Source of the DNA: a virus
DNA length: 64,000 nucleotides
Virus record (IMG/VR): IMGVR_UViG_3300021963_000027
Location: 1-64,000 of that record
Strand: one strand, 5' to 3'
The position numbers were made by a program, and so were the translations under genes. The first letter of the stretch is position 1, and every line of letters begins with the position of its first letter. The notes below the pieces were generated by a model. That model made no database searches, was not told the origin of the DNA, and saw only the letters and a program-made list of their open reading frames with translations. Below, piece after piece: positions 45,988-54,108 of this stretch.

Positions 45988-46323
45988 ATGAAAGTTACTA
46001 CAGAAAACGTTATCAATGCCATCGTTCGGGAAAAAATCAGTCACCGTGGTGGTGGAGTGGAAATCGATTTGAGCCAATTTGGATTCCCCGATGGTTCTCT
46101 CATGTCTGCTTATCAAAATTACCTTGGTGGTGGCATGTTGGGAGCAATCCAAAGCAATCACAACATGTTCCGCATGGAATTCACTAAAGCACAAGAGAAA
46201 AAGATTGAGAACTTGTCAGAGATTCTCAAGCGTTATCTCCATGATCAAACGAATCATGAAGATGATGAATGGGAAAGCGCAACATATTTCCAAAATCAAA
46301 TGCGCCCAACCTCTGCTTATTAA
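45988..46323 (+). CDS. hypothetical protein
   Basis: Motif-bounded. Confidence 0.8.
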   Translation: MKVTTENVINAIVREKISHRGGGVEIDLSQFGFPDGSLMSAYQNYLGGGMLGAIQSNHNMFRMEFTKAQEKKIENLSEILKRYLHDQTNHEDDEWESATYFQNQMRPTSAY

Positions 46324-46348
46324 AAAACTAGACTAAAATTGCACCATC

Positions 46349-46594
46349 ATGAAATACTTACCGACTATCGACCTCTGGAATCCCGCTGTGAATTACGCTG
46401 TTCGCACAGGACAATTGAAATTACAAGCGGGACAATGGGTGAAATGTGGCAATGAGAAGAAATCCCGCTTCGTCTGTGTAAAGCCTAAGAGCGGCACAAT
46501 CTGGGCAAGCCATTGGCAAGGGAATAGTAAAAGCACCAACGAGCGTTTCAAAACGTTGTTGGAAGCATCCAAAGGAATTAAAAAACTAGCTTAA
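46349..46594 (+). CDS. hypothetical protein
   Basis: Motif-bounded. Confidence 0.8.
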   Translation: MKYLPTIDLWNPAVNYAVRTGQLKLQAGQWVKCGNEKKSRFVCVKPKSGTIWASHWQGNSKSTNERFKTLLEASKGIKKLA

Positions 46595-46603
46595 TATTGA
46601 GGC

Positions 46604-46768
46604 ATGACAAAAGAATTAACTGAAAAATACCTTGAAACAGCAATCAGAAGAAAATCTTATCTTCTTGATCGTATCTCGAAAGTGACAGATATTCTCGAAG
46701 AATTGGAAGGCGATCTGGAGGATGTGGAGAACGAAATCCAAGACTTGCAAAGCGTTTTAAAAAACTAA
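46604..46768 (+). CDS. small coiled-coil protein
   Basis: Leaderless, ends LKN*. Confidence 0.7.
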   Translation: MTKELTEKYLETAIRRKSYLLDRISKVTDILEELEGDLEDVENEIQDLQSVLKN

Positions 46769-46787
46769 GATACAATCATAACATAAC

Positions 46788-47168
46788 ATGACAATCGCTC
46801 AACAACTTAACGTAAAGGAATTTCCATTCATTATCAAAGATTCCAATGGTAAAGAGATTTACTGGGAGAACTCTGATGGACTTTGGGAGAAGCGTGAATA
46901 CGATTCTAATGGTAAAGAGATTTACTACGAGGACTCCTATGGATTTTGGATTAAGCGTGAATACGATTCTAATGGTAAAGTGATTTACTCCGAGAACTAC
47001 AAAGGATATTGGATAAAGCGCGAGTGGGATTCCAAAGGTAATGTGATTTACTTCGAGAACTCCTATGGACAAATCGTTGATAATCGTCCCAAGACAGATG
47101 TTCAGAAAGCTATTGAACTTCTCACGAAAGAAGGATTGCTGGAAGATGGTGAGATTTTAAAAAACTAG
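46788..47168 (+). CDS. 21-aa-repeat family paralog F (4 units)
   Basis: Same family. Confidence 0.9.
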   Translation: MTIAQQLNVKEFPFIIKDSNGKEIYWENSDGLWEKREYDSNGKEIYYEDSYGFWIKREYDSNGKVIYSENYKGYWIKREWDSKGNVIYFENSYGQIVDNRPKTDVQKAIELLTKEGLLEDGEILKN

Positions 47169-47182
47169 AATACAATCAACAC

Positions 47183-47452
47183 ATGTTCTTTACATATCGT
47201 CAAAACAACTCAGGTGGTAGATTCATTGGTGAAATCAATATCATCATCGAAGCCGATTCAGCAAAAGAAGCTGATGAAATTGCACAAGAAAACGGTGTAT
47301 ATTTCGATGGCGTTGATGAGGGTCACGACTGCGGATGCTGCGGTGATCGCTGGTCACGCGCATGGGAAAGTGATGGCACGGAAAATCCTGAAATTTACGA
47401 TGAAGCAGTAGGTGAAAGTCACAATTGCAAAATCGTTAGAAAACAAGCTTAA
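47183..47452 (+). CDS. conserved phage hypothetical protein
   Basis: YRQNNSGG..DCGCCGDRWS. Confidence 0.85.
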   Translation: MFFTYRQNNSGGRFIGEINIIIEADSAKEADEIAQENGVYFDGVDEGHDCGCCGDRWSRAWESDGTENPEIYDEAVGESHNCKIVRKQA

Positions 47453-47458
47453 TCTTGG

Positions 47459-47509
47459 TAACATGGTAAAGACCTCTCCCTTGGTGGTTCTTGGGAGAGG
47501 CAAATGTTA
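47459..47509 (+). other. GC-rich stem-loop (family with 53565 and 56376)
   Basis: CCTCTCCC/GGGAGAGG followed by CAA. Confidence 0.7.
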
Positions 47510-47543
47510 CAACAATTAAAAAACTAGACTATCATTGAGCCAT

Positions 47544-47798
47544 ATGAAAAACGAAATTCAATCTTATCGCGAAACAATTAAAAAGCTTGAAGAAACCAGA
47601 CAAAACACAGCAATTCTCGAAGTGGGTTGCGAGGTAACTTTAGCTAACGGAACGAAACAAATCATTTCAAAAGTAGAATTCGATGAAGCATATGGTGAGA
47701 ATGCATTTTACCGATGGGACAGATTCTTTCCGTATGAAATCGAACACGCTGCGATGTATGGCTCGAACTTGGAAATCGTGGATGTAAAACACAATTAA
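47544..47798 (+). CDS. hypothetical protein
   Basis: Motif-bounded. Confidence 0.8.
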   Translation: MKNEIQSYRETIKKLEETRQNTAILEVGCEVTLANGTKQIISKVEFDEAYGENAFYRWDRFFPYEIEHAAMYGSNLEIVDVKHN

Positions 47799-47823
47799 AA
47801 AACTAGATTAGAATTAGAGCATC

Positions 47824-48003
47824 ATGAAACAATATCCCACTCACGAAGAAATCTATGAGCAAATCAGAAAGCTTGTCCTTGGCAATGTCAATCACGCATC
47901 CATGCACAATCGCGAATCATTGGATGATTTGATTGCTGATCTGGAGCAATATCGTGATACTCTTCCAAGTGTCGATGAATACATGAAGGTAAACAAACTC
48001 TGA
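47824..48003 (+). CDS. hypothetical protein (59 aa)
   Basis: Motif-bounded. Confidence 0.7.
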   Translation: MKQYPTHEEIYEQIRKLVLGNVNHASMHNRESLDDLIADLEQYRDTLPSVDEYMKVNKL

Positions 48004-48030
48004 ATTAAAAAACTAGAATACAATTACATC

Positions 48031-48189
48031 ATGCAATCCATTTACATTATCGCAGCTTTCTTCGCTGGTTATCTTTTGCCAGAATTTATTAAGATGCTCG
48101 CACCTCGCAATTACACTGTTCCATTTATGATGAACATTATGTGCGGTTTCATCGCCTCTGCAATTCTCCACTACATCCTTACTCACTAA
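48031..48189 (+). CDS. small membrane protein
   Basis: Leaderless. Confidence 0.7.
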   Translation: MQSIYIIAAFFAGYLLPEFIKMLAPRNYTVPFMMNIMCGFIASAILHYILTH

Positions 48190-48229
48190 TATCGAACTCA
48201 GAATTAAAAAACTAGATTAGAATTGAGCC

Positions 48230-48460
48230 ATGACAAACAACATCGTAGTAATCAAAATCCACAATGCAAGAGTATCATCTGTTTACAGTGTAGATACCAT
48301 AGAAAATGCCAAAGCACTGGTGAGTGATCTATTCTTTAGCCAATTCCATCGCTCCCTCAATGAAGAGGAAATTGATGATCTGGAAGTATTCATGGAATTG
48401 TATAATGACGAAGACCATGACAATCAATTCACATTCTCCATCTCATTCGTTGACAATTAA
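48230..48460 (+). CDS. hypothetical protein (paralog of 52175)
   Basis: Leaderless. Confidence 0.8.
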   Translation: MTNNIVVIKIHNARVSSVYSVDTIENAKALVSDLFFSQFHRSLNEEEIDDLEVFMELYNDEDHDNQFTFSISFVDN

Positions 48461-48484
48461 AAAACTAGAGTAACATTGAGCCAT

Positions 48485-48694
48485 ATGAAAAAACAATATC
48501 TCATAATCCAATTGGAAACCAAAGAGAGTCAAGTTCCTGATGGTTATCACATGACTACGAGAACAGAGTATTTTGGCGTTACTAATGGTTATCCTATCAC
48601 TTTCGATACACTGGAAGAAGCAGAAAAAGAATTGGCACTGCGGATTGGTAAATGGTCTAAATACACGATCATCCCCCTTTACACTCAAGAATAA
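48485..48694 (+). CDS. hypothetical protein
   Basis: Motif-bounded. Confidence 0.75.
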   Translation: MKKQYLIIQLETKESQVPDGYHMTTRTEYFGVTNGYPITFDTLEEAEKELALRIGKWSKYTIIPLYTQE

Positions 48695-48717
48695 AAAAAC
48701 TAGATTAAAATTAGGAC

Positions 48718-48912
48718 ATGGAAAGTATTAAACGATACAATTGGACAATCCGCAACACTGTTACTGATAAGATAGTTGGGTATAATTGTCGGTTCTGCGC
48801 TTGTGACGAAAATCATGTTCGTAGTAGTCCATCGGTTCAAATTTGGGCAAATGGTGATGAAATCGAAGTGATTGCAGAATCATTCAGTGACTTCGATGAA
48901 TTAGTGGGATAA
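48718..48912 (+). CDS. hypothetical protein
   Basis: Leaderless. Confidence 0.75.
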   Translation: MESIKRYNWTIRNTVTDKIVGYNCRFCACDENHVRSSPSVQIWANGDEIEVIAESFSDFDELVG

Positions 48913-48934
48913 AAAACTAGATTAGAATTGGGAC

Positions 48935-49117
48935 ATGGAAACAACCAAAGAAAAGATGGAGAAAGCTTACGAGAGCTTGAAAAACATTCAAGAAATCCTA
49001 AGCACTGTAGTTGCCTCTGAAATTGATCAGACTTTCGACTTCTATCGCATGACAAATAACGTTTTCATTGCAAAAATGCACATGGAACATATTCTCCAAC
49101 ACCCAATTAAAAACTAG
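48935..49117 (+). CDS. hypothetical protein
   Basis: Leaderless, ends IKN*. Confidence 0.75.
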   Translation: METTKEKMEKAYESLKNIQEILSTVVASEIDQTFDFYRMTNNVFIAKMHMEHILQHPIKN

Positions 49118-49133
49118 AACATACTTTCATTCT

Positions 49134-49201
49134 ACGGAGAAATAGGGTTCAAGTCCCTTAGTCTAGCAATCGCTAGTCATAGCATACTGGTCATGCGCCG
49201 T
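49134..49201 (+). ncRNA. circularly permuted tRNA-like RNA (T-arm, loop-closed acceptor, D-arm)
   Basis: ACGG..AGGG-TTCAAGT-CCCT..CTAGC-AATC-GCTAG..TA-GCAT-ACTGGTC-ATGC-G-CCGT; own M-promoter. Confidence 0.7.
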
Positions 49202-49232
49202 TTTTCTTTAAAAACTAGATTAGAATTAGGAC

Positions 49233-49619
49233 ATGCAAAAGATCAGCACAACACAATTCGGTGGTATCAAAGTCACCATGTTTCTCTCCAACACCAAGCA
49301 ACCAACTTGGTCAAACGGTAATCATGATCATTATCGAGTGAAGATTGAACATGAGGGAAAATCCCACACTTTCGATTTTTGGGGTAGCATTGCCAATAAA
49401 GAAAATAATCAATTGGAGAATGTAAAAAATGCTCTGAATTGCTTTGCCAGTGATTGCGATCTGGGAGAGGGTGAATTCAAAGACTTCATCTGGAAAACAG
49501 GTGGATTCGAAGATTCAAAGAATTTGAAAATCTTCAAAGCTTGTCAGAAATCCCATAAAGCAATGAAACGCTTGAACATTCCCAACGATGTTTTCCTTGG
49601 ATGGTTGGACGGTGAATAA
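49233..49619 (+). CDS. hypothetical protein
   Basis: Leaderless. Confidence 0.85.
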   Translation: MQKISTTQFGGIKVTMFLSNTKQPTWSNGNHDHYRVKIEHEGKSHTFDFWGSIANKENNQLENVKNALNCFASDCDLGEGEFKDFIWKTGGFEDSKNLKIFKACQKSHKAMKRLNIPNDVFLGWLDGE

Positions 49620-49641
49620 AAAACTAGATTAGAATTGGGAC

Positions 49642-49923
49642 ATGACAACAATCCATCTAATCAACCTTTGTAGAGAATCAGATTTTCAAAAGAAATACGG
49701 TTCGCAAGTCTATTACGATATTTCAAAGGCTAAAAAGGAATCAAATTGTTTCGATGATGTTATTCGTTCCCTACAACAAGAACACGATGATTTTGTTGGG
49801 TTCTCAGGAGAAGAACACACTAAACAACGCAAGCAAGACATTCAAAACGCAATTCAATTTTTGAACGATTACAAAGAAAATGTCAATCTCGCCAACATGA
49901 CAGTTCAATTTGTAGAATATTAA
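49642..49923 (+). CDS. hypothetical protein
   Basis: Leaderless. Confidence 0.8.
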   Translation: MTTIHLINLCRESDFQKKYGSQVYYDISKAKKESNCFDDVIRSLQQEHDDFVGFSGEEHTKQRKQDIQNAIQFLNDYKENVNLANMTVQFVEY

Positions 49924-49945
49924 AAAACTAGATTAGAATTAGGAC

Positions 49946-50212
49946 ATGCGAACATACATTCAATATAAAGACGGAAAACAAAAAGAAGTCAAGAATCTGG
50001 GTTGGTTAGCTCGTAATATCACCCGTGTCGAAGGTATCACAATCAGCGATAGAAACGATGGTGCGAAATGCGGATGCCAATTCGTGGCAACTCTATCGGG
50101 AGGGGATTACTACCACACTGCATTCAATTCTTACGATGTTTGTAAAGATTGGATTGCAAGCCGTAGAGGACTGAAAAACGTTCGTGTCATTGATCTTGTC
50201 GATCTCATTTAA
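49946..50212 (+). CDS. hypothetical protein
   Basis: Leaderless. Confidence 0.8.
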   Translation: MRTYIQYKDGKQKEVKNLGWLARNITRVEGITISDRNDGAKCGCQFVATLSGGDYYHTAFNSYDVCKDWIASRRGLKNVRVIDLVDLI

Positions 50213-50234
50213 AAAACTAGAATAGAATTAGAAC

Positions 50235-50447
50235 ATGACAGAGACTATTATCATAAATCATTTTACTGGTTATCGTAAGTTGATCCTTACAAAAGGTTTA
50301 CCCAAGATTGGAACTCTAAGAAAACACCTGCGAGCAAGTAAAGCCCAAGGATGCCAAAGCGTAACCCATATTTTCACGGAACAAGGTGTAATTGATGTCA
50401 CACGATTCGGGGAAGTTCTAATCAATGGAAGACAATTAAAAAACTAG
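50235..50447 (+). CDS. hypothetical protein
   Basis: Leaderless, ends LKN*. Confidence 0.8.
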   Translation: MTETIIINHFTGYRKLILTKGLPKIGTLRKHLRASKAQGCQSVTHIFTEQGVIDVTRFGEVLINGRQLKN

Positions 50448-50461
50448 AATACAATTACACC

Positions 50462-50755
50462 ATGCCTATTATTGAACCAAATTTAAGCAAAGAAGTCAAA
50501 GCATACATTGCTAAAGAATGTCACCGCATCTTGAAAGCAGTGGAAGAGGGTCGTGCAATCAAATACGTGGGACTGTGCTCCAATTCCAAGATGGATGAAA
50601 AATTACTAATCAGCCTTAAAGATGTTTTCCATAAATCCTACCCTTTCAATAGTAGTGGTGGGGAATATGGAGCGGAAGCTATGTCACAATCAATCTTTAA
50701 AAATAAAAAGCGCATGGCATTTCTTCGTCGATGGGCAAAGAAACATAAAAACTAG
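50462..50755 (+). CDS. basic hypothetical protein
   Basis: Leaderless. Confidence 0.8.
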   Translation: MPIIEPNLSKEVKAYIAKECHRILKAVEEGRAIKYVGLCSNSKMDEKLLISLKDVFHKSYPFNSSGGEYGAEAMSQSIFKNKKRMAFLRRWAKKHKN

Positions 50756-50769
50756 AATACACTTGGGAC

Positions 50770-50973
50770 ATGAAAAGATACAGATACGATCCTTATTGTG
50801 ATAGCTTCAAGTGCTTCCAAGGAATGGAAGAATCACCTGATGGTGATTGGGTGAACATCGAAGCAAGAGAACTCCTGAAACGTGCGATGGATTTACTACA
50901 AGATTATTGCACGGAACTCAATGGCATGAATTGCTATCTCAGCAAAGAGATTGAAGAATTTCTTAAAAACTAA
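50770..50973 (+). CDS. hypothetical protein
   Basis: Leaderless. Confidence 0.8.
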   Translation: MKRYRYDPYCDSFKCFQGMEESPDGDWVNIEARELLKRAMDLLQDYCTELNGMNCYLSKEIEEFLKN

Positions 50974-50987
50974 GATTCAATAAACAC

Positions 50988-51191
50988 ATGAACAGAAGCA
51001 GAATCGCATTGGTTTACATGGATGATGGAAACAATTTCTTCATCGAAAATCCCCCGAATGGTAATCCCGAAACATGGATTGATCATCATGTTTATTCCAT
51101 CTCTAATGTGGAGAATGTCATAGTTTATGATTTGGGAGGGGTGGTAGAGAATTGGGTAAATCCTGATGTGTCATCCGAAGAAGAGGAATAA
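50988..51191 (+). CDS. acidic hypothetical protein
   Basis: Leaderless. Confidence 0.75.
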   Translation: MNRSRIALVYMDDGNNFFIENPPNGNPETWIDHHVYSISNVENVIVYDLGGVVENWVNPDVSSEEEE

Positions 51192-51213
51192 AAAACTAGA
51201 TTAAAATAAACAC

Positions 51214-51351
51214 ATGATGACACTTGAACAAATTATCAATTTCTTCAAATCTCTGGAAGAAATCACCCATGAAAACATGGAATCTGAATCAGATAGAACG
51301 GAATTGTTGCGCTGTGTTGCTCTAGCAGAAAATGCTCTTCGCGGTGGTTAA
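51214..51351 (+). CDS. hypothetical protein (45 aa)
   Basis: Leaderless. Confidence 0.65.
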   Translation: MMTLEQIINFFKSLEEITHENMESESDRTELLRCVALAENALRGG

Positions 51352-51395
51352 TCAACATGATTAAAAACATTGATAAACCAAGGAAAAACGACTGC

Positions 51396-51433
51396 GACAA
51401 AATGACGCAGGGGTGTGACAAAATGACGCAGGG
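51396..51433. repeat. 17-bp direct repeat GACAAAATGACGCAGGG x2, period 21 bp
   Basis: 51396-51412 and 51417-51433; related copy at 53704-53724. Confidence 0.85.
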
Positions 51434-51485
51434 ATAGACGGATATAGAAAAGAATATAAATAAAAAACTAGAGTAAAATTTTACT

Positions 51486-51728
51486 ATGCTCAACATCACC
51501 ATTGATCCCAAAGAAATCCGCGCTGAATATCGTGAAGACCAAAGCAATCGCGGATGGTTGTATATCTCAGTTCCTAACGGATGGGATGACGTATCAAAAT
51601 TGTGTAAGAAAGTTCTCACGTATGACAATCGCAAATTCTTTTATAGTGGTTGGAATTCCGATAGAAATGATTGTTTCTTCAAGGAAGAACTGGTAGGAAG
51701 TTCCACGGTGGTAGCACGAATCAATTAA
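51486..51728 (+). CDS. hypothetical protein
   Basis: Leaderless. Confidence 0.8.
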   Translation: MLNITIDPKEIRAEYREDQSNRGWLYISVPNGWDDVSKLCKKVLTYDNRKFFYSGWNSDRNDCFFKEELVGSSTVVARIN

Positions 51729-51749
51729 AAACTAGAATAAACTGATAAC

Positions 51750-51929
51750 ATGATAAGACAATACACCAATCAACTACTGGAAATGATCGACAACGGAATC
51801 CTTGATGCTGAAACGGTTCTCCGTTCGTGTCTCTCTTATATGTCCGAAGCAGAAGTGCAGGACATGGCAGAATCCGAGGGATTCATCGAAGAAGAGGAAG
51901 AGGAAGAGGAAGAGGACGAAGAAGAGTAA
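51750..51929 (+). CDS. acidic protein with poly-Glu tail
   Basis: Leaderless. Confidence 0.75.
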   Translation: MIRQYTNQLLEMIDNGILDAETVLRSCLSYMSEAEVQDMAESEGFIEEEEEEEEEDEEE

Positions 51930-51939
51930 AATCCCCCCT

Positions 51940-52029
51940 CAGTCTCAATAAGGGCATTTTCAAGAATCCTTGATATATCAATGAAAAAAGTCATTTTGCT
52001 CTAGGACTATTTGAAGCTTATTGAGACTG
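51940..52029. repeat. 90-bp element with 13-bp terminal inverted repeats
   Basis: CAGTCTCAATAAG / CTTATTGAGACTG; internal palindrome TTGATATATCAA. Confidence 0.85.
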
Positions 52030-52066
52030 GAAAACACAAATTAAAAAACTAGACTAATATGTGTAT

Positions 52067-52141
52067 GTTGTCGGTGGCGAAGTGGTAACGCGAGGCTGAA
52101 TTAACAGCAAGAAACGTGAGTTCGATTCTCACCCGACGACA
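52067..52141 (+). ncRNA. tRNA-like RNA with 6-nt AATTAA anticodon loop
   Basis: Acceptor GTTGTCGG/CCGACGAC, D-arm, GTGAG-TTCGATT-CTCAC; starts at +1 of M-promoter. Confidence 0.7.
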
Positions 52142-52174
52142 CACTCTTTAAAAACTAACCTAAAATAATACCAC

Positions 52175-52402
52175 ATGAAAGACATCGCAGTAATCAAACT
52201 TCATAATAGCACAGTAAGTTCCGTTTATAGCACGGACACTGTAGAAGGTGCAAAAGAACTGGTGCGGGATTTGTTCTATTTCCAATTCAAACGCACTCTA
52301 AATGATGAAGAAAATGACCAATTGGAAGACATGTTAGAAGTTTACAATGATGAAGATCATGATAATATTTTCACATTCAGCATCGCATTTGTCAATCCTT
52401 AA
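52175..52402 (+). CDS. hypothetical protein (paralog of 48230)
   Basis: Motif-bounded. Confidence 0.8.
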   Translation: MKDIAVIKLHNSTVSSVYSTDTVEGAKELVRDLFYFQFKRTLNDEENDQLEDMLEVYNDEDHDNIFTFSIAFVNP

Positions 52403-52423
52403 AAACTAGACTAAACTGATACC

Positions 52424-52756
52424 ATGACCAACACCGACCTACAACAACCAAACGATCTATCAAACAAAGGCAAACAAGCCCATGCTGCAATCGTGGCATT
52501 TCTTGAGAAGCACAAACTCACCTACACAGGGGGATGCAAAGCGTTCTATTCACCTAAAGAGTGGAAGGAGCGGGAAGAGGATTACGGGTGTGACAGTGAG
52601 CTTGTCGTGGTGTATGATGGGGGTGATCACGGAGACGCTTTCTCATACAGCCGTGAGAATTACAAGATGATCGAAGCAATGAATGAGATTCTGAAACCGC
52701 TCGGTCTTTACAGTGAACCATGCACCTGCTGGTACACAGCGATCTACCTCAGTTAA
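52424..52756 (+). CDS. hypothetical protein
   Basis: Leaderless. Confidence 0.85.
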   Translation: MTNTDLQQPNDLSNKGKQAHAAIVAFLEKHKLTYTGGCKAFYSPKEWKEREEDYGCDSELVVVYDGGDHGDAFSYSRENYKMIEAMNEILKPLGLYSEPCTCWYTAIYLS

Positions 52757-52778
52757 AAAACTAGACTAACATTGCACC

Positions 52779-52982
52779 ATGATCATTCGATACACTAGCA
52801 AGATGGGATATAAAGCAATGCCAGATGAGAAGTTCAAAGGAACAGTTCTTGAGGCGAAAGCTCATGCGATGGGGAAAATGAATGATGATACTTACACCAT
52901 CTCCATTGAAGACAAGAAAAACAAAATTGTTTTTAACTATGGCTACACGGGAGTATCTCTCGGACAAAATAAAGTGAAATAA
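52779..52982 (+). CDS. hypothetical protein
   Basis: Leaderless. Confidence 0.8.
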   Translation: MIIRYTSKMGYKAMPDEKFKGTVLEAKAHAMGKMNDDTYTISIEDKKNKIVFNYGYTGVSLGQNKVK

Positions 52983-53003
52983 AAACTAGACTAACATTGC
53001 ACC

Positions 53004-53114
53004 ATGACATACCTATTCATTCCGACACTCATCATATCATTCATAGCTATCGGCTCCCGCAGCTTCATATTCTATGCTACTGCGATAGTCATGTGGTGTC
53101 TGACACTCAGCTAA
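53004..53114 (+). CDS. 36-aa hydrophobic peptide
   Basis: Leaderless. Confidence 0.65.
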   Translation: MTYLFIPTLIISFIAIGSRSFIFYATAIVMWCLTLS

Positions 53115-53146
53115 GAATTAAAAAACTAGACTAAACTGATTCCGTT

Positions 53147-53272
53147 ATGAAATACAAACACTGCACAATCCTCAAAGCAATCGCTGGTTACAATGTATAT
53201 GCCAGCAATGACATCTTGAATGTTCCTACCATCGCAGCAGCAAAGGCACTGATCGACGGATTAAAAAACTAG
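53147..53272 (+). CDS. 41-aa peptide
   Basis: Motif-bounded, ends LKN*. Confidence 0.65.
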   Translation: MKYKHCTILKAIAGYNVYASNDILNVPTIAAAKALIDGLKN

Positions 53273-53309
53273 ACTAAACTGATAACGTAACCAATAACCA
53301 CTGAATACC

Positions 53310-53567
53310 ATGACCAATAAAGAAATCATTACAAAATTCGTAAAAGGCGCAACCACTGGCAAGATCACCCGCAACAATCCATATGCAGGGGGCAAGCTCA
53401 CTCCGCTCTTCATCGAGGGTGACACTATCTACTCTTATGGACACCACTTCCCCCTCGCTCGTCGCAATGGCGATGGCACTTTCTGGGTGAATCCCGACAA
53501 GTATAGCGTCACCACCAGCAAGCATCAGTCGCTTGTGCGCTACGCAATCAGCAAATTTTCGGTGTAA
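53310..53567 (+). CDS. hypothetical protein
   Basis: IYSYGHHFPLA..YSVTTSKHQS. Confidence 0.85.
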   Translation: MTNKEIITKFVKGATTGKITRNNPYAGGKLTPLFIEGDTIYSYGHHFPLARRNGDGTFWVNPDKYSVTTSKHQSLVRYAISKFSV

Positions 53568-53611
53568 CATGGCAAAGTCCCCTCTCTTCCGTGGTAGGAA
53601 GAGAGGGGCAA
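53565..53611 (+). other. GC-rich stem-loop
   Basis: CCCCTCTCTTCC/GGAAGAGAGGGG then CAA. Confidence 0.75.
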
Positions 53612-53643
53612 CCCTTTTTAAAAAACTAGACTAAACTGTTACC

Positions 53644-53718
53644 ATGCCTGACATCACCGACCTATCCGACAGCGACCTGCAAGACCTGATTGACTACTTG
53701 CAAGGTGTGACAAAATGA
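53644..53718 (+). CDS. 24-aa acidic peptide
   Basis: Leaderless. Confidence 0.55.
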   Translation: MPDITDLSDSDLQDLIDYLQGVTK

Positions 53719-53769
53719 CGCACCTGAAAAACCAATCCAATTAAAAAACTAGCATAGAATAGCTATACC

Positions 53770-53931
53770 ATGCAAGACTTTAAAGAATATATTCAATCCG
53801 CTCTCGACTCCAACGTTCTCTGTGAGGTTATGGGATGGGACACAAAACACGGTCCAACAGTGGAACAAATGCAAGCACTGGACACCCTTTTGGGTGAGAG
53901 TCTCGAATCTTTAAAAACTAGACTAAACTGA
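53770..53931 (+). CDS. hypothetical protein (53 aa)
   Basis: Motif-bounded. Confidence 0.65.
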   Translation: MQDFKEYIQSALDSNVLCEVMGWDTKHGPTVEQMQALDTLLGESLESLKTRLN

Positions 53932-53938
53932 TTACGTC

Positions 53939-54079
53939 ATGAAAACTTACTACGCGCATATCCGTCTGACTAACCGCGAGCGCAGTCTGCTCGCGCAAGC
54001 AATCCGCATCAATCGCCACCAGCGCAAAACCTTCACCCGTAAAGATGCCCACAATCTGGCATGGGTGCTGTTCGCATAA
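53939..54079 (+). CDS. basic peptide (46 aa)
   Basis: Motif-bounded. Confidence 0.65.
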   Translation: MKTYYAHIRLTNRERSLLAQAIRINRHQRKTFTRKDAHNLAWVLFA

Positions 54080-54108
54080 TTAAAAAACTAGAGTAAACTG
54101 ATTACGTC

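Noticed and set aside
29581-47168. Diversity-generating retroelement behind the paralog family
   Set aside because: No reverse transcriptase in the window; differences are not confined to adenines and involve whole-unit copy number
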